This document shows positions 56,050 to 64,000 of a DNA stretch of 64,000 nt, piece after piece. Source of the stretch: a virus; the IMG/VR virus record IMGVR_UViG_3300030099_005362; one strand, 5' to 3'. The translations under genes were made by a program, and so were the position numbers. Each line of letters starts with the position of its first letter. The stretch's first letter is position 1. The notes beneath the pieces were generated by a model, which was not told the origin of the DNA, made no database searches, and worked only from the letters and a program-made list of their open reading frames with translations.

Positions 56050-56355
56050 TTATCTCCTAATTCTTCCTAGTAAATCTTTATGTTTGTCAACAGGTTCTTC
56101 GGTCTTATCTACAATCATCTGTTCATCGGGATAGTAGAAAACAAAATATGAATGTATGATCTTAGTGTTTGGACAGAACTGCCCCATCTCATATGTTGTT
56201 TGCCACACATTAATTCTATATCGTTGAATGTTACCCTTCTGCCACAAGAATCCGGCACGAATCTTTGATATATTTTTTAACTTGCTAAAGTTGCACTTCT
56301 CCTCCAAGAAGTCTTTAAGAATGTTATCTGGTATTTGTGGTTTAGGTTTACTCAT
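56050..56355 (-). CDS. Hypothetical protein (MSKPKP...)
   Basis: RYRINVW motif; downstream of rIIA. Confidence 0.55.
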   Translation of the reverse strand: MSKPKPQIPDNILKDFLEEKCNFSKLKNISKIRAGFLWQKGNIQRYRINVWQTTYEMGQFCPNTKIIHSYFVFYYPDEQMIVDKTEEPVDKHKDLLGRIRR

Positions 56356-56377
56356 TTTAGCTGGCTCTGGCGGTTTG

Positions 56378-58321
56378 CTAATTGGTTTCTTCTTGGTTCT
56401 CACGAATAGTTCCTCCAATGTAGTTTGCGATCTTGGTTTGGTATTCCTTGTCGGTTGACTGCATCTCCCAGTCTGACAGGAATGTGAGCATCTCGTACTT
56501 GACGAAGAACTCGTCCATCATGTCCTGAATCATAGTGTCCTTCTCCATCTCGGCTATAGCCTCGACACGATCCTTGTTGATGTAAGATACCCAGTCAGCG
56601 ATCTCGCTGTTGCTCTGTTGCTCTACAAGTGCCACCATGTCACTGATGTCGTCGTGCTGCATGTGTTCGTGCATCTTCTTGAACACATTGAACTGGCGAA
56701 CATTATAGTCGTAGTACGTCTTGGGTGATCGTACAATTAGCTCACGCTTGACGTAATCTGCAAGGTCGATGAAGTTACCGTCCTTGAACTGCTTGGTCTT
56801 GAGGAACGCTGACTTCAGGGCAACAACTTTTGGTGCGTCGATACCACACTTCTCCAGACGACTCAATGCTCTCTTGACATCGCTGTTGCTGTAGTACACA
56901 CCATCACCACCCACTGGCTCCCAACGATTGATCTCGATGTACACTATCTCGTCGCCATCAATAGTTAGCTCGGCCTCGTCGAAGGAATCCTTGTTTGTGA
57001 AACCAGAGAAGTTGCGGTCAAATACGAATGTCTTGACTGTGCTACCCGCTTTGGCGTAACTTTGGCGTACAACTTTGGGCAAGTCCTCCAAGTCTAGCAA
57101 TACGTCCTCGTCGATCAGACACTCTTTGATCTGCTCGTCTGTCAGGATAACCATTGTTAGCTTGTTGAAGTCCTTGATGTACTCTCTGATACGAGTCTGC
57201 ATACGGTCTTTGTGACGGTAATACTTGATATTCTCGCCTACTGGTACACGCTTGGACGTGGCCTTGTCGGTGCTACGCCAGCTACGCTGGAAGTAGGTGA
57301 ACTCTTTGCTTGTCTCTGGCAGGTCGTACTGCTCAAGGTCTGCTTTGACATGCCTACCGAGATTGCCTTGACGCAAACGGTTTGCAAGAACAGCCTGCTT
57401 GAATGGAGAGTCCAACGCTGCGATTTGCTGACTCGCTTCGGTTGCTAATTTATCTTTTACTTGCTGGAACTTATCCTTGATGGCCTGCTTGGTCTTGTCG
57501 TCCATAGCAAGATTCTCACGGGCAGTATCAAAACTCAACTCGCCTAGATCGAACTTGAGATAACCTTTTGTGTTGAAGTCATCTAGCTCATCAGGAATCT
57601 TGTAGGCGATATTGCCCATAAGAGCATACATGCTACCCCAACTGGCGGTCAAACCAAAGTCCTCACCCTTGAACGCATAGTCGTCACGGGTTTCCTCGAT
57701 GGTACGCACAACGCTTTTATCGTTGATGTTTGGTACAGTACCTTCCCAGAACCGGAACACGTTAGCCGCTTCTTCTGAGAACTCGTACACCTTGCCCTCT
57801 ACAGATAGCGTGACCTCCAGACCGTTTTTGCCGCCCCATCCACACTCTGTAAGCAGAGCAACCACTGGCTTGCGATCTTCGTCACGATAGCATGTGTAGG
57901 TGCGGCATGTTCCGTTGATATAACTTTTTACGGTAAAACTATCTGTCATAGAGTATGGCGACAGACTACCGATACCAAAGCAACCAATGACCTCGTTGCT
58001 GTCACGCTTGGTGCTGATACCAATACCAGCAAAGATGTTACGCACCTCGTCGTCTGTGAGTCCAGTACCGTAGTCACGAATAGAGAAGTATGGCTCTAAC
58101 TGTGTTGGCAGATGAACGTCGAACGGAATGTCCGTAGTGCCAGCCATAACGTGACTGTCATGTGCGTTGCAAGAAAGCTCACGGATAATCGCTCGCTCTT
58201 TGTGAGAGTATACCTTGTCGGCAAACATATCTACGATAAACGCAATGTCGCCAATAGCAAAGTCAGATGTTTCAAAGTCGCCGTGTACTGCTACGTTCTG
58301 TTCTTCTGTGTAAAGTTTCAT
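56378..58321 (-). CDS. rIIA: rIIA-like protein with N-terminal GHKL ATPase
   Basis: IIRELSCNAHDSH, IRDYGTGL, STKRDSN..IG.FGIGS.SP, F..GEL....RE.L. Confidence 0.88.
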   Translation of the reverse strand: MKLYTEEQNVAVHGDFETSDFAIGDIAFIVDMFADKVYSHKERAIIRELSCNAHDSHVMAGTTDIPFDVHLPTQLEPYFSIRDYGTGLTDDEVRNIFAGIGISTKRDSNEVIGCFGIGSLSPYSMTDSFTVKSYINGTCRTYTCYRDEDRKPVVALLTECGWGGKNGLEVTLSVEGKVYEFSEEAANVFRFWEGTVPNINDKSVVRTIEETRDDYAFKGEDFGLTASWGSMYALMGNIAYKIPDELDDFNTKGYLKFDLGELSFDTARENLAMDDKTKQAIKDKFQQVKDKLATEASQQIAALDSPFKQAVLANRLRQGNLGRHVKADLEQYDLPETSKEFTYFQRSWRSTDKATSKRVPVGENIKYYRHKDRMQTRIREYIKDFNKLTMVILTDEQIKECLIDEDVLLDLEDLPKVVRQSYAKAGSTVKTFVFDRNFSGFTNKDSFDEAELTIDGDEIVYIEINRWEPVGGDGVYYSNSDVKRALSRLEKCGIDAPKVVALKSAFLKTKQFKDGNFIDLADYVKRELIVRSPKTYYDYNVRQFNVFKKMHEHMQHDDISDMVALVEQQSNSEIADWVSYINKDRVEAIAEMEKDTMIQDMMDEFFVKYEMLTFLSDWEMQSTDKEYQTKIANYIGGTIRENQEETN

Positions 58322-58358
58322 GTTCTAATCCTTGTGGTTGGTTGGTTAGTATGCCTCT

Positions 58359-58398
58359 ATTATACCATAGGTATCGGCATTGTCAAGAGGTAACTTTA
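58359..58398 (-). promoter_or_regulatory. Composite sigma70 + sigma28-like promoter for rIIA
   Basis: TAAAGTT-5-TTGACA-atGCCGATA-7-TATAAT. Confidence 0.85.
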
Positions 58399-58568
58399 GA
58401 TTTTTCTCTTTTTTTTCTTTCCCAATCTAAAGCCGCACATAAACACTGTATGATGTAATGTTCTGTGAATCCCGCTAATGGAACTGAATCTGGTGATGGA
58501 TGGTCGTGTGTACCAAAACTGTTGATACATTTAGTTATGATTTCTTTTTGTTTCTCGCTGTAGTTCAT
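58383..58568 (-). CDS. Small hypothetical protein
   Basis: Early-region ORF (MNYSEK...). Confidence 0.45.
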   Translation of the reverse strand: MNYSEKQKEIITKCINSFGTHDHPSPDSVPLAGFTEHYIIQCLCAALDWERKKREKSKVTS

Positions 58569-58840
58569 CTTCAAGTTCCTGCACTTCCATTAACTGGTTA
58601 AACGCTTCAATTCTAGTTACTTCGTACAATTTTCCTTTGTGTTCGTACAAGTCTCCTTCCTTGTAGCCATCTTGTAAGTCAACGTAATAACTTCTAAACT
58701 TATTCACTATTCTTCCTCAATTAGTAGTTCGATCTCACCTTTCTGCAACTGCTCGATGTACCAAGCGGTTGCCTGCTCACGGGCATCTTCTTCTGACTCT
58801 GCCTCAAACGCACAGCCTGATTCAATATACATGTAGTATG

Positions 58841-59233
58841 TCATGCTTCCACCTTGCAATCTTCTACGGCAAAACGCTCGATAGTCTCAGCCACAGGAAT
58901 GTAATATAAAGACGATACTAAATCATAGTTGTCTGTAGGAGAATCACCCCAACTCATGCCTCCGGTATAAAGAAACCTCATTCGTTCACCCTTTTCATTA
59001 TATTCCCAGTCTGTGCCACAGTCTCTAGGTTCGCCCAAGTTCATTACCTGTTCGATTGTATCGAGACACGCTTCCTGAATTTCAGTATCGCTCTCGTCGT
59101 CCCAGAACAATTCATCACGAAGATTCTCGTAATCTTGCGGAGTAAGGTTGGACAGTTCTTCTGTAAGAACCTTCTTGCGATCTTCTGTCATTCTGAATAC
59201 TGGAGTCTTAGCCAGTGTAAAATCTGCACCCAT
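58841..59233 (-). CDS. Acidic hypothetical protein (MGADF...)
   Basis: GGAG RBS; TGGMSWGDSP motif. Confidence 0.6.
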   Translation of the reverse strand: MGADFTLAKTPVFRMTEDRKKVLTEELSNLTPQDYENLRDELFWDDESDTEIQEACLDTIEQVMNLGEPRDCGTDWEYNEKGERMRFLYTGGMSWGDSPTDNYDLVSSLYYIPVAETIERFAVEDCKVEA

Positions 59234-59275
59234 TGTAATGCTCTCCAAAGGTTAAAAGTGTCGGTTACACTATCA

Positions 59276-59315
59276 ATTATACTATAGGTATCGTCACTGT
59301 CAAGTGGTTACTTTA
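59276..59315 (-). promoter_or_regulatory. Composite sigma70 + sigma28-like promoter
   Basis: TAAAG-7-TTGACA-gtgaCGATA-7-TATAAT. Confidence 0.82.
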
Positions 59316-59321
59316 GTTTTT

Positions 59322-59507
59322 TTAGAAAAATTTGACCTTTTCTTTTTCTAGAAGGTATCTCTTTGTTATGGATGCCATGTCGTTCATGGTAAACTTAACA
59401 GCAAGTTGTTTTACCGATTGTGTTTCTTCTTCGGTTTCCAGTTCAGATTTAGCCCACTCTAAGTTTTTGCTATAAAGTTTTCTTACGCTTTTCTTGTTAA
59501 TTTCCAT
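59322..59507 (-). CDS. Small hypothetical protein
   Basis: Early-region ORF. Confidence 0.45.
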   Translation of the reverse strand: MEINKKSVRKLYSKNLEWAKSELETEEETQSVKQLAVKFTMNDMASITKRYLLEKEKVKFF

Positions 59508-59603
59508 GATCTTCGTACCAATTCGTAAAGTCCAACAAAATATAGAGACAAAGTAAGGTTAGGTTGAATAGTCAAGCATATTGCCAAGAAAGATATATCC
59601 GTT

Positions 59604-59792
59604 CTACTCATCTTTGTTGTCATGTCTTATCTGCACCAGAAAAACAGCAAGAGATTTAAGCATGTCGGAATATTCTTTGTCTGTCCATCCCATCATTTTT
59701 TTATTTATGTCATAGAGGGTTGTACCCTCTGCTCTGTCTAGCATATCGAGTGCTATTTCAAGATGCCTTATGAATTCACTCTTGTCTGGCAT
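59604..59792 (-). CDS. Small hypothetical protein
   Basis: AGGA RBS. Confidence 0.5.
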   Translation of the reverse strand: MPDKSEFIRHLEIALDMLDRAEGTTLYDINKKMMGWTDKEYSDMLKSLAVFLVQIRHDNKDE

Positions 59793-59979
59793 GTGTTAGT
59801 TCCTTTAACTTTGATATTAAACCCTTGAGCGTAGCGGAGATTTTTTCATGCTCTTGAACGCTCCAAGAATCTTCTAATGCCTTTTCGTAATACCTAATTG
59901 CCAAATCAACCTGTTCTATTTCGTATTCTCTGGTAATTTGCATAATCTTGCTCCGTTTTCGAGTAAAGGTTACTGTGGT

Positions 59980-60019
59980 ATTATATACTATATTTCGTCT
60001 ATGTCAATCCCAAACTTTA
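59980..60019 (-). promoter_or_regulatory. Composite sigma70 + sigma28-like promoter
   Basis: TAAAGTTT-4-TTGACA-tagaCGAAA-7-TATAAT. Confidence 0.75.
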
Positions 60020-60415
60020 CAAATTTTTTATCTTTTCTATGAGTTTTTCCTCTGGGACTAAGCCGGTCGTTCTCTCCTTCTCCTTGTCTCCATTTAAGAA
60101 TATAATTGTAGGTATTAGTTTGATCTTATGCTTCGACGCTTCTTTCTTGTCTTTGTCTACGTCATACATAATGAAGTCAACTTTATCTAGTTCTTTTTTA
60201 ACATTCTCTTTTTTTAGAACCTGTTTCATCAGTCTACAGGGAGAACACCAAGTCGCCCCAAAATATAAGACTCTTTTATTGTTGTCCTGCTCGTCAGAAA
60301 CAAACACGCTTTCCGGCTCAATAAAGTTTCGATCATCAATTTTCTTTTGCGGATATGAGGCTACCAGAAATGGCACTATAAAGAACAGCATACAAATGAT
60401 TGCTACGTTTCTCAT
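60017..60415 (-). CDS. Exported thioredoxin-like protein
   Basis: Signal peptide; FGATWCSPC; IPT. Confidence 0.88.
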   Translation of the reverse strand: MRNVAIICMLFFIVPFLVASYPQKKIDDRNFIEPESVFVSDEQDNNKRVLYFGATWCSPCRLMKQVLKKENVKKELDKVDFIMYDVDKDKKEASKHKIKLIPTIIFLNGDKEKERTTGLVPEEKLIEKIKNL

Positions 60416-60464
60416 TTTAGTTTCCTTGTTAATGTTATCTTTCTGGTATTACATACGCATTTAT

Positions 60465-60668
60465 CTAATCGTCATAATGATTTGTTTTGCCGTTATTGCC
60501 CCCGAAGTTCCAGTTAAGTCTTGTTGATCTCCAAATCCATAGCTCATAACACTTTGCACACTTGATTATGTTGCCTCTATTGGTTGGTATCTTATAAAAA
60601 TCCTTAGTTTCTTCGTTACAGTCTATGCAGATTTCCTTTTTCTTTTGTTTTTTATTTTTTTTGCTCAT
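60465..60668 (-). CDS. Small Zn-finger protein (MSKKNK...)
   Basis: CIDC...CAKC. Confidence 0.5.
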   Translation of the reverse strand: MSKKNKKQKKKEICIDCNEETKDFYKIPTNRGNIIKCAKCYELWIWRSTRLNWNFGGNNGKTNHYDD

Positions 60669-60819
60669 AAAGTTATTTTTTTCTCCAGAGTGTTCCGATT
60701 CCGTTCCTTTTTCATCATACATAATCGACAGTAAAAAGCCAGAAAAACACACAGTATATTGAGGTTCTTGCTAGGTATAAATACATAATAAAGTCATAAC
60801 ATAAAATTGTGAAAAGGAC

Positions 60820-60847
60820 TTGACATACAGCTAAAATACAGTATAAT
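60820..60847 (+). promoter_or_regulatory. sigma70-type promoter in the divergent AT-rich intergenic region
   Basis: TTGACA-16-TATAAT. Confidence 0.6.
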
Positions 60848-61217
60848 ATATTAAAGAACACACACACGATATACCAATAGTACATATAGACAAATACATA
60901 CATAAACATAAGGAGGGCATGGGGTTACGTCAATAGAAAAAATATGGATTTAACCTCCTCTACCCGCAATAAGTAATTGTCTGGGTTTATTTCCCAAGAA
61001 GTTGCCTCCAAAAGTTACTAAATTGGGACAAAAAGCCACAAAGTTGAAATTTTGTTGACCCATTTGCTCCATTTTAATACGAATATAAGGTGTATATTCT
61101 CTCGTAAAGGCTCTTTTACATCTATAAAGTAACAATGTTATTTAATTACTCTATGGCCTTACGGCCTTTTTAGCAGAGATATTAAGAAAGGTTTGAATAG
61201 GACAACTCTAACCCTAT

Positions 61218-61586
61218 ATGGAGGAAACAATGAATGTCCAAATAGACCGAAGCATCTTTAGTGATAAGTTAGAACGTAGATTTGGTGGCAAACGAGCATA
61301 TGCTGACCAGTCATTTGATCTCCTCGATGAGGTTTATGACAAAGCCCAAGAATGGTTTGATGACGAACTACAACATCATCCCAAAGACAAAGACAGCCCA
61401 CGAGACTTACGAATTTCCCTCAAAAGGTATATCTGCAATAATATAGATTTGAGTGACAGTAAGAGATCGTTTTTCGTTGGAAGTCATATATGGGTATGGA
61501 TAGCAACACAACTAATTACCTATATTGTAAAATTACTGATCGAACATCACTGGGAAGAAATATATAGTTCTGTAAAGAAGAAATAA
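61218..61586 (+). CDS. Hypothetical protein (probable start MNVQ after GGAGG)
   Basis: First ORF of the plus-strand island. Confidence 0.6.
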   Translation: MEETMNVQIDRSIFSDKLERRFGGKRAYADQSFDLLDEVYDKAQEWFDDELQHHPKDKDSPRDLRISLKRYICNNIDLSDSKRSFFVGSHIWVWIATQLITYIVKLLIEHHWEEIYSSVKKK

Positions 61587-61637
61587 ATTTGCGTATAATC
61601 TTTCGTAGCGGCATACCAACCACGAAAGGTCAATACG

Positions 61638-62321
61638 ATGAGACTGTTCTTAATTTTAGCGTTTCTATTTTTACCAATAGAATTATATGCACAAGAATGG
61701 GAAGAATCAAAAGAATCATATGAGTCTAGTATTGTTCAATTAGAATACTCTAGGGGGACATCTATAAGTAGAGGCACTGGTTCTGTTGTTAAGTTCATAA
61801 AGGATAGTGAGAGATTTCCTGATTACTATATTGGGATTGTATTAACTGCCTCTCATGTAGTCCCCGATGAAGATTCCCTAGCAACTATAACTTTTAGTAC
61901 GGGAAAGAAAACACAAAAGAATAGCGTAATAGTTAAGTTCCCATACGAAAAAGATATGAATGGTGATCTTGCATTAATAAAAGCGTTGATACCAGATGAG
62001 GTTGAACCTTTAGGTGTGACTGAAGTAGTTCCTCCTATGGGCAGCAATGTTGATCTTGGTGGATTCGGAACAGGATCGTATCGTGGCTGGACTGCAAAGT
62101 TCGCTGGCAGAAAGTTATCCGATGATGGGATTATAGTTTTGTCTTGGGGCATACAGGGAGATAGTGGCGGGCCAATTATTTATAACGGAAAGATAATAGG
62201 AGTTATATGTAGGGGTTCGGGATTAAGCAGGTACAAAGATACATCTAGAATAATAATAGCCCCAATACATGGCAGTAGCGTCAAGAGGGTAATCAACTTT
62301 ATAAAATTATATTCTAGTTAA
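61638..62321 (+). CDS. Exported trypsin-like serine protease
   Basis: Signal peptide; LTASHV, DLAL, GDSGGP. Confidence 0.9.
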   Translation: MRLFLILAFLFLPIELYAQEWEESKESYESSIVQLEYSRGTSISRGTGSVVKFIKDSERFPDYYIGIVLTASHVVPDEDSLATITFSTGKKTQKNSVIVKFPYEKDMNGDLALIKALIPDEVEPLGVTEVVPPMGSNVDLGGFGTGSYRGWTAKFAGRKLSDDGIIVLSWGIQGDSGGPIIYNGKIIGVICRGSGLSRYKDTSRIIIAPIHGSSVKRVINFIKLYSS

Positions 62322-62642
62322 ATGTTTAAAGCAAAATTCAACGCCCCCATTATATTTGGGCTTCTATGGGTAATCATGGTAAGCATGTTGGATCATTACT
62401 ATACCATAAAGCTAGAGGAAACAATTCTAGACTATGAACAGAATCCAATCGGCACGTTCCTGATTAAACTTGACTCTGGTTCCGTCGCTTTGTTCATGAC
62501 GCTCAAGATGATTTGCTTGTGGCTCTTAGTCATTGCTATTCTAATACTATACAACATAAAGAAGCTCTACGCTTATATCTCTTTAATCTCTTTATGTATA
62601 GCCCAACTACTTCTTCTTATATATTTCATCTGGGGAGTATAA
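62322..62642 (+). CDS. Three-TM membrane protein (DUF5658-like)
   Basis: LD..YT...EQNPI...K motif with TM helices. Confidence 0.65.
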   Translation: MFKAKFNAPIIFGLLWVIMVSMLDHYYTIKLEETILDYEQNPIGTFLIKLDSGSVALFMTLKMICLWLLVIAILILYNIKKLYAYISLISLCIAQLLLLIYFIWGV

Positions 62643-62652
62643 ATCAGTATTT

Positions 62653-62895
62653 TGGCTGACTCCCATCAATGGCCGCAATCAGATAGTTTTAGACTAGACA
62701 AATGTAAAAATGGCTGACTGGTGCTATATAGCTGCGACTCTAGTTAGATGAGATACGACAGTTTCAAAAAGTTGCTGGATCCGCTGACTGGCTGGTAGGG
62801 TGGCGACTCTGTTTGGTAGGGGTTCGACAGAGGTGTGAAAGTGGCTGACTGGTGGTATCTGTGGCGACTCAGTATAGATGAGATGAGACAATGTA
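62653..62895. repeat. Four degenerate ~60-70 bp units (GCTGACT...GCGACTC...GACA)
   Basis: Units start at 62653, 62711, 62781, 62842; GAC cores phased about 20 bp apart. Confidence 0.7.
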
Positions 62896-62978
62896 GAGAA
62901 GATCCTTCCAATGGGTGGCATGGGTGAAGTAGTCCTAACCCCCCAACAAGACTAGTTGACACGTTTGGTCATAGTACC

Positions 62979-63017
62979 ATTATACCATAGTATCGACATA
63001 AGTCAATAGGAACTTTA
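62979..63017 (-). promoter_or_regulatory. Composite promoter firing into the repeat tract
   Basis: TAAAG-6-TTGACT-tatgtCGATA-6-TATAAT. Confidence 0.7.
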
Positions 63018-63018
63018 A

Positions 63019-63146
63019 CGTAAACCCTTACTATATAAGTACTTACAGCAAAAAGATAAACAATACGAAATACGCTTGCATTGTAGAGTTTGGCACAAGT
63101 GTTGCTGCCCCGGTTTTCGTAAGTCCTTTGATACCAAGCACTTACG
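63019..63146. repeat. Two 29-bp 11-7-11 imperfect palindromes
   Basis: CGTAAACCCTT-N7-AAGTACTTACA (63019-63047) and CGTAAGTCCTT-N7-AAGCACTTACG (63118-63146). Confidence 0.7.
63091..63106 (+). promoter_or_regulatory. sigma54 (-24/-12) consensus site
   Basis: TGGCAC-AAGTG-TTGCT. Confidence 0.55.
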
Positions 63147-63254
63147 TCAAAACTTTCCTAGCGTCGTTTAATCAGTTCCGTTACGATACCAAGTGTCAAG
63201 ACAGAAAAAAATAAAATTAAAATAAATTTTCCGATGTTCATTCCACACCCCTAG

Positions 63255-63300
63255 AAAAAAACCGCTACCGGTCAGGACAACGAGTCCCAACCGGCAACGG
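63255..63300 (-). terminator. Intrinsic terminator after the DUF932 gene
   Basis: CCGTTGCCGGT...ACCGGTAGCGG followed by T7. Confidence 0.75.
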
Positions 63301-63319
63301 CACACGAAAGGGGTACAGA

Positions 63320-64000
63320 TTAGGCCGCAAGCTCTAGGGCGAGCTTCTCAGCCGCCCGCACTTCTTGCGAGTTGGACGCACGCAGGATTCGATCAAAGTC
63401 ACCTTTGAAACCTTCCTTCGCTTGTGCATCGTGCTGGACGTAGCCCTGAACAGCGTTGTACGCTTCCCAAGCGGAAACCACGTTGGTCATAGCTGGACGA
63501 CCTGTCAGGTTACGCTCACGATTGAGACGCTTCCAGATTGCCTCAGTACGATTTTGGTGAGTAGTCACCGCACGTACCTTTTCACCACGAGCCGCACGAT
63601 CCAACTGATCCTGATCAGGACGACCATAGATAGAGTCGAGAAACTCAGTCATGCGAACCTCAGTGGATTCTAGACGGTCGATAACGTCAGTCAGAGTTGA
63701 CCAGCTATTTTTGAGAGTCTCAAACGTAGCGATCAATTCGTCCATGTTGGCACGCAAGCCGGAAGTGTGACGAATGGAAACGGTTGTACCGTTGACCATA
63801 CGCATCATAGCCAGATTGCTACACGCATCACGGAAGTAACCAAGCGAGGCAGTAAACGCCTTGCCATCATAGCCAGCGTTAATCATCACGCGAGGCCAAA
63901 CGTTGTCGGTGTCCCGATCCTTGAAGATCGACCGACGTTGCTCGGCAGTCGGAGCAATGGAAACGTAATGACCAGAACGGAAGTGAGTATCGCAAGCAAT
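63320..64000 (-). CDS. DUF932-family phage protein (5' end beyond the window)
   Basis: Frame open to the window edge; YDG, FRDACSN, IRHT, SAWEAYNAVQGYVQH. Confidence 0.8.
   Translation of the reverse strand: MACDTHFRSGHYVSIAPTAEQRRSIFKDRDTDNVWPRVMINAGYDGKAFTASLGYFRDACSNLAMMRMVNGTTVSIRHTSGLRANMDELIATFETLKNSWSTLTDVIDRLESTEVRMTEFLDSIYGRPDQDQLDRAARGEKVRAVTTHQNRTEAIWKRLNRERNLTGRPAMTNVVSAWEAYNAVQGYVQHDAQAKEGFKGDFDRILRASNSQEVRAAEKLALELAA

Noticed and set aside
62653-62895. Repeat tract as a mini-CRISPR array
   Set aside because: Units are degenerate throughout, with no identical repeats or unique spacers
615-63673. Most short plus-strand ORFs in the track
   Set aside because: Antisense to well-supported minus-strand genes and lacking motifs or RBS
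1-64000. Stop-codon reassignment, introns or inteins
   Set aside because: Genes tile densely in code 11 using all three stops; NrdA/B, DnaB, RecA and PhoH are uninterrupted and of normal length; no suppressor tRNA seen
1-64000. Cellular (planctomycete chromosome) or prophage origin
   Set aside because: rIIA/rIIB, phage-type replication genes, many ORFans and one-strand packing indicate a phage; no integrase or host flanks in the window

Overview
This is a 64-kb piece of a large lytic dsDNA bacteriophage genome. It is densely coding, uses the standard genetic code and lies almost entirely on the minus strand, apart from a 3-gene plus-strand island at 61.2-62.6 kb. The host is probably a planctomycete, inferred from three Tat-signal DUF1501 genes and a tmRNA tag (A)VEENFALAA. 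Recognisable modules: replication/recombination (Cas4/RecB-like exonuclease, primase, DnaB, RecA, SSB); nucleotide supply (NrdAB, ThyX, dNMP kinase, dCMP deaminase, GMP reductase, MazG-like); PhoH; a phage sigma factor; a scattered glycan/sulfation toolkit; a membrane-protein plus papain-like protease cluster; rIIA/rIIB; UvsE; four tRNAs; tmRNA; and an unannotated tRNA-like structured RNA. The strongest non-coding signals are: (i) consensus sigma70 promoters with a second, fixed-spacing TAAAG-N17-CGATA (sigma28/FliA-like) promoter nested inside them; (ii) a separate TG(C/T)GTATA late-type motif; (iii) a 20-bp-phased repeat tract next to two 11-7-11 palindromes that flank a consensus sigma54 site. 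No capsid, terminase, DNA polymerase, integrase or CRISPR array is visible. All family calls come from motif recognition by eye, not from database searches.
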